This document shows, in pieces, positions 1 through 10,069 of a stretch of DNA of 64,000 nucleotides. The first letter of the stretch is position 1; every line of letters begins with the position of its first letter. The stretch lies in assembly GCA_965218795.1 (NCBI GenBank), contig OZ244653.1, forward strand, positions 3,616,001-3,680,000, given 5' to 3'. Under the pieces are notes generated by a model. The model was not told the DNA's origin. It ran no database searches and saw only the letters and a program-made list of their open reading frames with translations. Source of the DNA: a bacterium (GTDB lineage Bacteria; UBA8248; JACPRG01; G963555815). The position numbers were made by a program, and so were the translations under genes.

Positions 1-199
1 TGAGCTTCAGATGGCCCTGATGAACCGATGGCTGAACCATGAAATCGAAACCTTCTTCATGGCGCCGAGCGCTGAATTTTCCTTTCTCAGCAGCGGGTTG
101 GTTAAAGAGGTGGCCTCCTATGGAGGTGAAGTGCGAAATCTCGTCCCCGATTGCGTGGGCGATGCCCTGGAGAGGAAAATTTCGGGGGGCTCGAAGTAG
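1..199 (+). CDS. coaD: Phosphopantetheine adenylyltransferase, C-terminal part (5' end outside window)
   Basis: ELQMALMNR..ETFFM..FSFLSSGLVKEVASYGG..LVP is the typical CoaD C-terminus. Confidence 0.9.
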   Translation, partial: ELQMALMNRWLNHEIETFFMAPSAEFSFLSSGLVKEVASYGGEVRNLVPDCVGDALERKISGGSK

Positions 200-232
200 C
201 GCAGGGGCCGCGGCGGCCCAAGGGTTGAATCG

Positions 233-1468
233 ATGAACGCGAAATCAGGAGCGGGTGAGCGGGCTGCTCGTAATTTCAGGCTGTCCGAGCGCATCGGCGC
301 GGTGAAGCCTTCCGCCACCCTTGCGATCACCGCGATGGCTCGGGATCTGCGCGCCCAAGGGGTGGACGTCATCGGTTTCGGGGCGGGCGAGCCGGATTTC
401 GACACCCCCGAAGCCATTGTCCACGCCGCGGTGGAGGCGCTCCAGGAGGGGTTTACCCGATACACCGCCTCGAGCGGGATCCCTGAGCTCCGGGCGGCCA
501 TCGCCAGAAAGCTCGAGCGGGACAACAACGCGATCTATCAGCCTGAGGAAATCGTCGTTACGGTCGGCGCCAAACAGGCGCTCTATTCCATCTTTCAGAT
601 CCTGTTGGACCCCGGCGACGAGGTCATTGTGCCGGCGCCGTATTGGGTGTCCTATGTGGATCTCCCCGCCCTCGCGCACGGGACGCCCATCGTCTGTCCC
701 CTGGATGAAGAGAACGGTTTCGACCTGGACCCGGACGGGATCGAGCGGTGCCTCAGCCCGGCGACCCGCGCGGTGATCGTCAATTCGCCTTCCAATCCGA
801 CGGGCGCGGTGTACTCGCGCGGTGCCGTGGAAGCCGTGATGGAGCTGGCCATCAAGCACGGGCTCCTCGTCATCACGGACGAGATCTACGAAAAGATCGT
901 CTACGGGGGTGCGGAGGCCCTTTGCCCTGCCGGATTGGGCAATGACGCGTGGGAACACACCCTGGTGGTCAACGGTTTCTCGAAGGCCTATGCCATGACC
1001 GGCTGGCGGCTGGGATTCGTGGCCGGTCCCCGGGCCGTCATCGACGCGATCGGCAAGTTTCAGACCCAGGGCACGAACAACCCGACCTCCTTTGTCCAGA
1101 AGGCCGCGGTCGTGGCCATGGACAGCCCGGACGAAGTGTTCGCCCCCATGGTGGAAGAGTTCCGGAAGCGGCGGGATTACATGGTCGGCGAGTTCAACAA
1201 GATGGACGGCGTCTCCTGTTTCGTCCCCCAGGGCGCATTCTACGCCTTCCCGAACGTGGGCGGGCTCTTCGGCAGGAGCTCTTCCTCCGGCCCGATCGAA
1301 TCCTCGGCCCAACTTTGTGAATACCTGCTGGAGGAGGGAAAGATCGCCGTCGTACCAGGCAGCGCCTTCGGCGCCGAGGGTTTCGTCCGGTTCTCCTACG
1401 CCACCTCCATGGAAAACATCCGAGACGGGATGGAGCGGATGGCCGACGCCATTTCCAAGCTCAAGTAG
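233..1468 (+). CDS. aspC: PLP-dependent class I/II aminotransferase (aspartate aminotransferase type)
   Basis: GAGEPDFDTP, NSPSNPTG, DEIY and NGFSKAYAMTGWRLG (PLP lysine) motifs; 411 aa. Confidence 0.88.
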   Translation: MNAKSGAGERAARNFRLSERIGAVKPSATLAITAMARDLRAQGVDVIGFGAGEPDFDTPEAIVHAAVEALQEGFTRYTASSGIPELRAAIARKLERDNNAIYQPEEIVVTVGAKQALYSIFQILLDPGDEVIVPAPYWVSYVDLPALAHGTPIVCPLDEENGFDLDPDGIERCLSPATRAVIVNSPSNPTGAVYSRGAVEAVMELAIKHGLLVITDEIYEKIVYGGAEALCPAGLGNDAWEHTLVVNGFSKAYAMTGWRLGFVAGPRAVIDAIGKFQTQGTNNPTSFVQKAAVVAMDSPDEVFAPMVEEFRKRRDYMVGEFNKMDGVSCFVPQGAFYAFPNVGGLFGRSSSSGPIESSAQLCEYLLEEGKIAVVPGSAFGAEGFVRFSYATSMENIRDGMERMADAISKLK

Positions 1469-1490
1469 CGTCCCCGGCGGGAGACCCTCC

Positions 1491-1679
1491 GTGGCCACGG
1501 TCCTCTACCTCATCGGCCGAATGCTCCAGCTTTTGGGTCTGGTCTACCTGGCCTGGGCCGTTTATCAGGGCATCGCCCTCGAACACGGCGGCATGGCCCA
1601 GGAATACAAGTGGTTCGGAATCGGGATCGGTGTCTTCTTCGTCGGCCGGCTGATGGAGCGGCGCTGGGGAACCAAATGA
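1491..1679 (+). CDS. Small two-helix membrane protein, unknown function
   Basis: GTG at 1491 in frame with ORF 1092..1679; two hydrophobic stretches; its stop overlaps the next ATG (ATGA at 1676-1679). Confidence 0.6.
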   Translation: MATVLYLIGRMLQLLGLVYLAWAVYQGIALEHGGMAQEYKWFGIGIGVFFVGRLMERRWGTK

Positions 1680-2872
1680 GCGCCTCCCGGCGTGACGTCA
1701 TCGTGGTCGGCGCCGGGCCCGCGGGTTCGACCGCGGCCAGACGACTGGCCCTCGCGGGCCGGGACGTCCTCCTGCTCGAGAAATTCGAGCTGGGCCGGCG
1801 AAAGTCCTGCGCGGGCGGCATCAGCCCCCGCGCCGCAAACGCCCTCGATTTCCCCATCGATTCCGTCGTCGAGCACCGGGTTTCCGCTTACACATTCTCT
1901 TACCGGGCCCGGGCTTTCCACGCCCCTGAATCAGTCGATGTGAACATTTCGATGGTTAGACGCTCCCGCTTCGACCGGCTGCTCGCCGAGAAGGCGGCTG
2001 AGGCGGGCGCGGAGGTCCGCCCCCGGTGTCCCGTGGAGGAGGTGCGGGAGGAAGGCGGGGGCGTCGCCGTTCGAACGGGGGACAAATGGCATCGGGCCTC
2101 GGCGCTGATCGGGGCCGACGGCGCGACCGGGGTCGTCGGCCGCTTGCTGAACTTGGCCCGAAACGTGCGGCGGGGCGCGGCCGTCGAGGGAGAAGTCCGG
2201 GTCCCCGCGCTCCAGCTTCTCACAGCGCAGGGATCCATCCAGTTCGATATGGGGGCCCTGCCCGGCGGGTATCGGTGGATCTTTCCGAAAGGCGATCACC
2301 TCAACGTCGGGTCGTGCACGACGCAGGAAAAGGTGAGGACCGTCAAGCCCTCCTGCCTCGAATTTCTGGAGCTTCATCCCGTTTTGAGGGAGTATTCCGA
2401 CCTCACGATGACGGGGGCGCCCCTTCCCTGCCTGAATGCCCCCTGCGCGCTCAACACCCGTCGGGCGGTGGTGTGCGGGGATGCGGCGGGACTGGTGGAT
2501 CCTCTGACGGCCGAAGGGATCCAGTACGCCATCGAGAGCGGCGTCCTGGCGGCCGAGACGGTGGACGGGTTCCTCCGCGGCGGCCAATCCCTGGACGTAT
2601 ATACCGAACGGGTGATCCGCACGGCGTTCGTCGAGATCTCCATCGCGGAGAAGTTCGCGCGCCTGCTCTTGAACCACCCTTACGCGAGCTTCCAGGTGGG
2701 GGTGCGCAATCCGAAGGTCAACGCCCTGTTCGCCGACGTGGTCTCCGGACGCAAGAGCTACCCGGAGATCTACGGCGAGATCAAACGGCGATTCTCCCGC
2801 CGGTTTCGTTTCGCGCGGTTCCTTCTTTCCGCCCGGTTTTATGGATCACCGCATTCATCAGCGATCCGGTGA
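1676..2872 (+). CDS. Geranylgeranyl reductase family FAD-dependent oxidoreductase
   Basis: DVIVVGAGPAGS, KSCAGG, RSRFDRLL, GADG, GYRWIFPKG, CGDAAGLVDPLTAEGIQYAIESG. Confidence 0.85.
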   Translation: MSASRRDVIVVGAGPAGSTAARRLALAGRDVLLLEKFELGRRKSCAGGISPRAANALDFPIDSVVEHRVSAYTFSYRARAFHAPESVDVNISMVRRSRFDRLLAEKAAEAGAEVRPRCPVEEVREEGGGVAVRTGDKWHRASALIGADGATGVVGRLLNLARNVRRGAAVEGEVRVPALQLLTAQGSIQFDMGALPGGYRWIFPKGDHLNVGSCTTQEKVRTVKPSCLEFLELHPVLREYSDLTMTGAPLPCLNAPCALNTRRAVVCGDAAGLVDPLTAEGIQYAIESGVLAAETVDGFLRGGQSLDVYTERVIRTAFVEISIAEKFARLLLNHPYASFQVGVRNPKVNALFADVVSGRKSYPEIYGEIKRRFSRRFRFARFLLSARFYGSPHSSAIR

Positions 2873-2883
2873 ACCTCTATTCC

Positions 2884-2955
2884 TTTGGGGGACATTTCGG
2901 GCGCTTGCGCGCCCGGCATTTCGCGGAGGCGCGTTGCCTCCCAAAAGGCCCCAAA
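2884..2955. repeat. Two inverted copies of the TGGGGGACATTTTGGAGGCAACGCGCC-type end motif of the dispersed repeat family
   Basis: tttgggggacatttcggg...ggcgcgttgcctcccaaaaggccccaaa; the right arm matches 47838-47865 and 63951-63979 in reverse. Confidence 0.55.
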
Positions 2956-2995
2956 ATTCTTTGGCGTTCTTGATTCATGCCATAATGAATTCGTC

Positions 2996-4111
2996 ATGCG
3001 GATTTCGTACTTGAGTCATTTTTCTTGTCCGACCTCACGGGCGAAGAAGGCGGGGCGCTGCGGAGGCCGGCTCGCCGTCCAGCCGGGCGAGATCCCCACG
3101 CGGCTTGCGGACAGCGACGAAGACGAACTCCTCGAAGGCAACGTGATGTGCGAGCGTTGCGACGCCTGGTATCCGGTTTTGGGAGGCGTCCTGGTCCTTA
3201 CGCCCAGGGCGAGGCTGTATCTGGGCGCACGGTATTCATCGATGATGGGGTTCGCGGGCGTCCATGCCTGCCTCTCGGATAACGCCCGCCAATGGCTTCT
3301 CGATCAGCACTTCGACCTCTACGAAGTGTCGAAAAAGCAGGACACGGTCGATTCCAATTCGGCCCTGCATTACGAGAATCTCTTGGACCTGATGGAGCGC
3401 GCGCCTCTCCCGAAGAGTTTTCGGGCTTTCCTGGAAGCGTGGGACGGAAAGTCGCCCTATGACCTATTGTCGGCGATGGGCCTCGAACACCAAATGGTCC
3501 GGGAGAAGGAGTTCGAGCGAAGCTTCAACGGACTCGCGGTGGATGCGGGGTGCGGGGCCGGGGGGCTGGTGCGCCGGCTGGCCGACCACTTCGAACGGGT
3601 CATCGGGGTGGACCTTTCCTTCAGTTCCGTCCTGATGGCGCGCTCGATCCTGCTTCATCAGCCGAGACCCTGCAATCAGCATTTCATCCGCACGGAGCGG
3701 GACGCCTTTCAGTCCCGCGACCTGGACCACGCCCGCCGCTCCAATGTCGAGCTGGCGGTCGGGGACGTCACGGTCCTTCCGTTCGGCGACGAGGCGGCCG
3801 ATGCGGTGGCGAGCGCGAACATCGTGGATATCGTTCACCCGCGTACCCCGCTCTGGGAGGCCGCCCGGGTGATTCGGAGGGGCGGTCAGCTGCTGTTTAC
3901 GGATCCCTTCAAGATTGCGGCGGGGATGTATTCGGCCACGTCCCGTCGTCCATTGGAGGACGCCAAGAAATACCTGGCCTCGCTGGGCCTACAGCCAGTG
4001 GAAGAGCACGACTACGTGCCGTGGGTCTGGTATCGCTACAAGCGCCACGTGCAGATCTATTTCAACTACTGCGGGGCGTTTCGGAAGGGGGAGAAGCCGG
4101 AGGAGCCTTGA
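2996..4111 (+). CDS. Class I SAM-dependent methyltransferase with N-terminal Trm112-like Zn-ribbon
   Basis: N-terminal SCPT..RCGG..EGNVMCERCDAWYPVLGGV; C-terminal VDAGCGAGG, IGVDLS, VGDVTVLPF motifs. Confidence 0.7.
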   Translation: MRISYLSHFSCPTSRAKKAGRCGGRLAVQPGEIPTRLADSDEDELLEGNVMCERCDAWYPVLGGVLVLTPRARLYLGARYSSMMGFAGVHACLSDNARQWLLDQHFDLYEVSKKQDTVDSNSALHYENLLDLMERAPLPKSFRAFLEAWDGKSPYDLLSAMGLEHQMVREKEFERSFNGLAVDAGCGAGGLVRRLADHFERVIGVDLSFSSVLMARSILLHQPRPCNQHFIRTERDAFQSRDLDHARRSNVELAVGDVTVLPFGDEAADAVASANIVDIVHPRTPLWEAARVIRRGGQLLFTDPFKIAAGMYSATSRRPLEDAKKYLASLGLQPVEEHDYVPWVWYRYKRHVQIYFNYCGAFRKGEKPEEP

Positions 4112-4175
4112 AGGATCGTTTCAGGGAGCCATTTCAAGCGCGCATGCGCCACCAAAAGCCTCCAGGGAACTTCTT

Positions 4176-4330
4176 GCAAACACCTGGATACTTCAGCCGG
4201 GTTTCCTTGTTTTCCATCAGGTCGGCGGACTGGCCTTCGTAGCGGATTCGGCCTTTCTCGATGAGGCAGGCCCGCTGGATGATGCCCAGGGCCAGTCCTC
4301 GTGTTTTGCTCCAACTCAGGACGAACGGGG
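4176..4330 (-). pseudogene. Remnant of the C-terminus of a LivF-type ABC ATPase, frameshifted
   Basis: FVL/LEQNT/GLALGIIQRACLIEKGRIRYEGQSADLMENKETRLKYPGV across two frameshifts resembles the LivF tail (LVEQN..AL...RAY.IE.G.I...G....L.......YLG). Confidence 0.65.
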
Positions 4331-4538
4331 CCAATCGATGTTTTTCTATCGATTGATAACAGTTTGAAATCATGACCCGAACCGCGGCGGAACTCAGATC
4401 AGGCGCCTGTGGTTCAAGACGAGCCGAACAAAAGGTTGGGTTGAAATTTGGTTCTCCGCGTATTAAATTCACTCGGTTAGATGGAATCCAGAGGATTTGC
4501 GGGTCGCCCCTTTCCAACAAAAATCAGGCATTCAGCGA

Positions 4539-5450
4539 ATGGAGCCAGCCAAAGAAATCTGGATGGACGGTCAGTTTGTGGATTGGGACGACGCGAAGAT
4601 TCACGTCCTGACCCATACGCTCCACTACGGCCTGGGGGTCTTTGAAGGGATTCGGTGTTACCAGACCTCGAAGGGCTCGGCGGTATTCCGTTTGACCGAA
4701 CACATGGATCGGCTCTATCGTTCGGCCCACATCGTCGGGATGGAGCCGAACGTCCCTAAAGAGGATGCGCACCAGGCGACGCTGGACCTGATCCGGCGGA
4801 ACGGGCTCAATGCCTGTTACATCCGACCCATCATGTTCCTGGGTTACGGAACGATGGGCGTCAGCAACCTCAACGCACCGGTGCATTCAGCCATCGCGAT
4901 CTGGGACTGGGGCGCTTATCTCGGAGAGGATGGTCTGGCGAACGGGATTCGGGTCAAGATTTCCTCCTTCACGAGCCACCACGTCAACAGCTACATGACG
5001 AAATCGAAAACGTGCGCCAACTATGCCGTCTCCCAAATGGCCAAGATGGAAGCCGTCCGGAACGGTTACGATGAAGCCATCATGCTGGACGCGGAGGGAA
5101 CGGTCGCCCAGGGGTCGGGCGAGAACATCTTCATCGTACGGAACGGGATGCTCAAGACGCCCCCCCTCGTGGGTGTGCTCGAAGGGATCACGCGTGATGC
5201 GGTCATTCAGTTGGCGGATGCTCATGGCCTGGAGACGAAAGAGGAGGCGTTCGCCAGAGACGAGCTCTACATTGCGGATGAAGCCTTCTTCACCGGAACG
5301 GCGGCCGAGATCACCCCGATTCGCGAGGTCGACAACCGACGGATCGGGTCCGGGCAGCCGGGGCGGGTGACGAAGACGTTACAGGATTCCTTCTTCCGGG
5401 CCGTTCGGGGGGAGGATGAGGCTTATGAGAAATGGCTGACCTTCGTATGA
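4539..5450 (+). CDS. ilvE: Branched-chain amino acid aminotransferase
   Basis: [58 protein letters not shown]. Confidence 0.95.
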   Translation: MEPAKEIWMDGQFVDWDDAKIHVLTHTLHYGLGVFEGIRCYQTSKGSAVFRLTEHMDRLYRSAHIVGMEPNVPKEDAHQATLDLIRRNGLNACYIRPIMFLGYGTMGVSNLNAPVHSAIAIWDWGAYLGEDGLANGIRVKISSFTSHHVNSYMTKSKTCANYAVSQMAKMEAVRNGYDEAIMLDAEGTVAQGSGENIFIVRNGMLKTPPLVGVLEGITRDAVIQLADAHGLETKEEAFARDELYIADEAFFTGTAAEITPIREVDNRRIGSGQPGRVTKTLQDSFFRAVRGEDEAYEKWLTFV

Positions 5451-5524
5451 AAAGGCGCCTTGACGGTTTTCAGGCTCGGAAGATGAGGTCTGTTCATTTT
5501 CCGAAGCGTTGGAGGTGAAAGAAA

Positions 5525-5863
5525 GTGCCCATCTATGAGTACTCATGCTTGGAATGCGGGCATGAATTTGAAAAGCTGCAGCAGGTTTCCGATTCGCCGG
5601 TCCGCAAGTGTCCCTCCTGCGGCCTCCTGAAGGCCCGCCGGATGATCTCGCGGACATCGTTTGTTCTGAAGGGGGACGGCTGGTACGTGACGGATTACCC
5701 CTCCAAGGATCGAAAGGCCGCGATGAAGTCCGAGTCCGGCGCCGGCAGCAACGGGGACGCCGCGAAATCCTCCGAGAAGGCCACCGCCGTCAAATCAGGC
5801 GGGTCCGACACAAAGTCTCCGACGAAGACCAAAAAGACCAAGTCCGAATCCAAGACCTCCTGA
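5525..5863 (+). CDS. FmdB-family zinc ribbon protein
   Basis: MPIYEYSCLECGHEFE..KCPSCG..FVLKGDGWYVTDY followed by a low-complexity K/S tail; ggagg RBS. Confidence 0.88.
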   Translation: MPIYEYSCLECGHEFEKLQQVSDSPVRKCPSCGLLKARRMISRTSFVLKGDGWYVTDYPSKDRKAAMKSESGAGSNGDAAKSSEKATAVKSGGSDTKSPTKTKKTKSESKTS

Positions 5864-6058
5864 GCGTCTATCCGCCCCCCGGGCCTGAAGTTTTCCTTGG
5901 TCCTGTGAACGAATTTTTGCTTGATTTCCATCGGGCCGACTGATACCATTCATCTACTCATCACCTATCCTCCTGGGGTGAATCTCGTCCAAGCGACCCA
6001 TTTTGTAGAGGGGTCCGGTGCCCGTTTTCAGACGGCACGGAATGAGAGAACTGTTGCC

Positions 6059-6703
6059 TTGAGTTCCCCTGTTGCTGAGCGCATCCTGATATCGGATCCC
6101 GACGAGGGTTCCCGCGCCGCAATTGAAGAGGCATCCAAGCTCCTCGATGTATCCCCCCACACGTGTGAAAACGGAGCCGGTCCCGACGAGTTGAGGGGGC
6201 AACGTTATCTCCTGGCCTTTGCCGCCTTCCCGAACGATGCCTTTTTCGTCAATGCAGGATTTCGCGCGGGCCTGTCCAGGCTCGTTGTCTTAACGACCCC
6301 CGCGGCCAAGTCGAAGGGGTTCGAAACCGTCGGCGCCGACGCTTTCGGTTTTCTCACCAAGCCTTTTCAGCCGGAAGAGGCGTGCGCGCTCATTCGTCGC
6401 GCGCTGGAGCTGAAAAAAGTGCAGCGGGAGTTGAACCGGCTGCGTTCTTTGGAGAGCCTGTCGGAAGCCATGATGGACAGGCTTCGAAATGTCGTCCGCA
6501 AGTCCGACCCCTCGAAGAAGGGGGATGTGTTTGATTTTGTGAAAAGGTGCGTGGAGAAGCCTTTGTTGAAGATGGTTCTCGAAGAGACCGGTGGAAATCG
6601 TCTCAAGGCCGCCAATGTTCTGGGAATCAACCGAAACACCCTCCGCACCCGGTTGCGGGAGTTGAGAATCGAGCCCCATCGTCTGTCCCGGTCCAACAAG
6701 TAA
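6059..6703 (+). CDS. Fis-family HTH protein with degenerate N-terminal receiver-like domain (start uncertain)
   Basis: C-terminal VEKPLL..VLEETGGNRLKAANVLGINRNTLR; N-terminal RILISD..GADAFGFLTKPF. Confidence 0.75.
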   Translation: MSSPVAERILISDPDEGSRAAIEEASKLLDVSPHTCENGAGPDELRGQRYLLAFAAFPNDAFFVNAGFRAGLSRLVVLTTPAAKSKGFETVGADAFGFLTKPFQPEEACALIRRALELKKVQRELNRLRSLESLSEAMMDRLRNVVRKSDPSKKGDVFDFVKRCVEKPLLKMVLEETGGNRLKAANVLGINRNTLRTRLRELRIEPHRLSRSNK

Positions 6704-6927
6704 CCGGATCATCGTTGAAATTCGTCCGATTGGCCCGGCCTGGATGTTCCGGTCCGTCCGGTTGCTCCTTCAGGGTGCCGCTTCACGATCATCCGATTCT
6801 GCTTTTTGCTGTTTTTTTGTCCGAATCGACTGAAATAATGATGCGAAAGGCCTGGATTTTTCTGGTCCCTGAGGATCACCGTCCGGATGGACGAAGGCGT
6901 TACCCGAGTCGAGGGTGAGATTCAACC

Positions 6928-8133
6928 ATGAAGGCAATCATTCTGGCGGCGGGGGGTGACAGCCTGCCCCCGTTCACCTCCACACGTCCCAAGCCGATGC
7001 TCCATCTGAGCGGTCACTATCTGCTGGAAAGCGCCATCGAGTATCTCAGGGCCGCCGGAGTCATCGATCTCGTCCTCGTGGTGGGCTATCGGAAAGAGCG
7101 AATCGTCTCCTACTTCGGCAACGGAAGTGAGTTCGGAGTCCGGATCAGCTACGTCAGCCAGGAGGAGGACCTCGGGATCGGCAACGCGTTGCTCCAGGCC
7201 GAGAGCCGCATCAATCCGGGTGAATACTTCCTGCTGGTGTACGGTGACGTGGTCACCACCGGGAACATCTATCTGGAAACCATCCAGGGCTTCAATTCCT
7301 TCCGGGCTCCGGTCGCGGCCATCTGCCTGACGCCTGAGTCGGAGACGTTCGGCAACGTCTACCTGGACAACGAAATGCGGATCACCCGCTTGGTGGAGAA
7401 GCCCATGAGGGGGGGGTTGGGCAACTATGTCTTGGCCGGCGTGTTCATCCTGCCCCATGGGTTTTTTGAGATATTGAAAGAGGCTGGAGCGGATATGGGG
7501 AAGGCCCTGGACGATTTGATTCAGATGAACGGTCTGCACTCTTCCATATGGGAGCAGGACTGGATCGATGTGCGAACTCCTTGGGATATCCTGCGGGCCA
7601 ACCGGATGATGATGGATACGTGGCACCAGGCCATCGTGTCGGATACGACCCAGTTGAAGGGCTGGGTCCACATCAACGGCCCGGCTCATATCGAGGAAGG
7701 CGTGGAGATCCTGTCCGGCACCGTGATCGAAGGGCCTTGCTACCTTGGGCAAGGCAGCTTCGTGGGCAACAATGTGCTGATCCGCCCATACACCTGCATC
7801 GGGCCGAATTCGATGATTGGGTACGGTGTTGAGCTGAAGAACTGCGTCCTGTTCAGCGGCGCCCGCGTCGGCCGGCTCTCCTTCATCGGAGACAGCGTGG
7901 TCGGCGAAGGGGTCCACTTCGGATCGGGGACGGTGACGGTCAACGTCAACCTGGACGAGACCGATGTCAAGGCTGCCATCGGCGGAGAGGATGTCGAAAC
8001 GGGGATGACCAAGGTGGGATCGTTCATTGGCGACGGCTCCCGTATCGGGGCCGGGAACACTCTCCTGGCGGGTACGGTCATCCGCAACGGCAGCATCATA
8101 TCTCACCACGGAACGGTGTCCCGGGAGGTGTAA
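6928..8133 (+). CDS. Sugar-1-phosphate nucleotidyltransferase/acetyltransferase, archaeal GlmU-like
   Basis: MKAIILAAG..TRPKPM, VYGD, VEKP, DVRTPWDILRAN, then hexapeptide repeats (GVELKNC, LSFIGDSVVGEGVHFGSGTVT). Confidence 0.8.
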   Translation: MKAIILAAGGDSLPPFTSTRPKPMLHLSGHYLLESAIEYLRAAGVIDLVLVVGYRKERIVSYFGNGSEFGVRISYVSQEEDLGIGNALLQAESRINPGEYFLLVYGDVVTTGNIYLETIQGFNSFRAPVAAICLTPESETFGNVYLDNEMRITRLVEKPMRGGLGNYVLAGVFILPHGFFEILKEAGADMGKALDDLIQMNGLHSSIWEQDWIDVRTPWDILRANRMMMDTWHQAIVSDTTQLKGWVHINGPAHIEEGVEILSGTVIEGPCYLGQGSFVGNNVLIRPYTCIGPNSMIGYGVELKNCVLFSGARVGRLSFIGDSVVGEGVHFGSGTVTVNVNLDETDVKAAIGGEDVETGMTKVGSFIGDGSRIGAGNTLLAGTVIRNGSIISHHGTVSREV

Positions 8134-8136
8134 GCG

Positions 8137-9957
8137 ATGTGCGGGATCTCAGGCGTCGTCGGTCAGAAACCCGTCGCCGCCGATCTGTTTCAGTGCGTTC
8201 GCAACCTGGAATACCGGGGATACGATTCGTGCGGCGTCGCCCTTATCAACAACGGCGGGATTGAAGTCCGGAAGAACGTCGGGACGGTGGACGAGGTCAA
8301 CGCCTTGGAGAGGTTGACGGAGATCGACGGGGAGATCGGTATCGCCCATACCCGTTGGGCGACCCACGGTAAGGTCAGCCGGGAAAACACCCACCCCCAC
8401 ACGAGCGCCTCCGGGAACATTGCCGTCGTTCACAACGGAATCATCGCGAACTACCGCGCTCTTCGGGAGCAGTTGCAGGGCAAGGGCCATGCCTTTCATT
8501 CCGAAACGGACACGGAAGTCATTCCCCATCTGATTGAAGATATCATGGGCGGCGGGCTGAATCTGGAAGACGCCTTCCGGCGGGCCGTCCGGGAGTTGGA
8601 GGGGAGCTTCGCCGTCGCCGTTCTCGCGGTTTCCGAGCGCGACCGGATTCTCTGCGCCAAGAAAGAGAGCCCCCTGGTCCTCGGCATCGGGGATTCGTGC
8701 AACTTCGTCGGATCCGATTTCAACACATTCATCGATTTCACCAAGCACGCAATCGTTCTGGACGACGGAGAGATGGCCGTGGTGATCCGGGACGGCTTCA
8801 CCGTCAAGGATTTCCTCACGGGCCGGACCATCCGAAAGAGCGTCATGGAGATTCAATGGGACGCCGAGATGTCCAAACGCGGGGGCTACCCTCACTACAT
8901 GCTCAAAGAGATTTACGAGCAGCCCCGGACTGTCAAGAACGCTCTGGACCTCGACCGCAAGGAGCTCCGCCGCCTGGCCCAGGCCATCGATTCCAAAAAG
9001 AGGACGTACCTCATTGGAACGGGGACGACCTATTACGTCAGCCTGTCGGGCCAGTATCTGTTCTCCCGGTATGCCGATCGGTTCCTCCCCGCCGTCAGCA
9101 GCGACGAATTTCGCGGGCTGGCCCAGTCGGATGCCGACACGTTCATTCTGGCCGCCTCCCAGTCCGGGGAAACCTATGACACGCTGAGCGCATTGCGTTA
9201 CGCCAAAGAGCGGAACGCGGCCTCGGCGGCGATCGTGAACGTGATGGGTTCCTCCATCGCCCGAATGGTGGACCAGGTCATCCTTCAGGACGCCGGGCCG
9301 GAGATCTGCGTCCTCAGCACCAAGGCGGCCATTTCCCAAATCCTGATTCTCTGTCTGACCGCGCTGGAGTTGGGAGAATTAACGGGGCATCTCTCCTCCG
9401 TAGAGGTGAACGCGCTACGGGAGGAGATCGGCTGTCTCCCCGACCTGATGGAAGCCATTCTCAATGAACGGTCCGGTTTCATCCACGGGATTGCCCACCG
9501 CCGGATGAACCGGAAAAACTGGCTGTATCTGGGAAGGGGGATCTACTATGCCATTGCCATGGAAAGCGCGCTGAAGATGAAGGAGGTCACGTACCTCCAC
9601 GCGGAAGGGATGCCCGCGGGCTTCCTGAAGCACGGAACGATCTCCCTGATCGACGACCAGATGGCCTCGATGCTCTTCGTCCCGCCCCCGAGGGCGGGTG
9701 AGTTGTATTCCCTCTCACTGAGCAGCGCGGAGGAAATCAAGGCCCGGGGCGGGTACGTGCTCGGCGTGCACACCGAAGGGGACAAAGAGGCCGAGGAAAT
9801 CTGCGACGAGTCGATCGCGCTTCCGTCCGGACCTGATGTGGTCAACCCCTTTCTCCACCTTCTCGCCGGCCAGTTGTTCGCCTACTTCACGGCCACAGGC
9901 CTGAAGCGCAACATCGACCGTCCCCGTTCGCTGGCCAAATCCGTCACCGTTGCTTGA
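8137..9957 (+). CDS. glmS: Glutamine--fructose-6-phosphate aminotransferase
   Basis: MCGI start, LEYRGYDS, GIAHTRWATHG, VVHNGII, SQSGET, ALKMKE, PRSLAKSVTV. Confidence 0.96.
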   Translation: MCGISGVVGQKPVAADLFQCVRNLEYRGYDSCGVALINNGGIEVRKNVGTVDEVNALERLTEIDGEIGIAHTRWATHGKVSRENTHPHTSASGNIAVVHNGIIANYRALREQLQGKGHAFHSETDTEVIPHLIEDIMGGGLNLEDAFRRAVRELEGSFAVAVLAVSERDRILCAKKESPLVLGIGDSCNFVGSDFNTFIDFTKHAIVLDDGEMAVVIRDGFTVKDFLTGRTIRKSVMEIQWDAEMSKRGGYPHYMLKEIYEQPRTVKNALDLDRKELRRLAQAIDSKKRTYLIGTGTTYYVSLSGQYLFSRYADRFLPAVSSDEFRGLAQSDADTFILAASQSGETYDTLSALRYAKERNAASAAIVNVMGSSIARMVDQVILQDAGPEICVLSTKAAISQILILCLTALELGELTGHLSSVEVNALREEIGCLPDLMEAILNERSGFIHGIAHRRMNRKNWLYLGRGIYYAIAMESALKMKEVTYLHAEGMPAGFLKHGTISLIDDQMASMLFVPPPRAGELYSLSLSSAEEIKARGGYVLGVHTEGDKEAEEICDESIALPSGPDVVNPFLHLLAGQLFAYFTATGLKRNIDRPRSLAKSVTVA

Positions 9958-10069
9958 GCCTGTCCGCGAAGGGCCGGGGAAGATCGACCCGTCCCGCCGG
10001 ATGGACCGTCGGGCAGGCCGGATGTTCCTTGCTCGAAAACCGATATCTTTGCGGGGCTGAGACCGGGAC

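Noticed and set aside
4375-4420. 6S RNA-like gaacc..ggttcaag hairpin
   Set aside because: No long flanking helices or central bubble could be built
5960-6010. ggggtgaatc resembling the c-di-AMP (ydaO) riboswitch core
   Set aside because: The other conserved ydaO segments are absent
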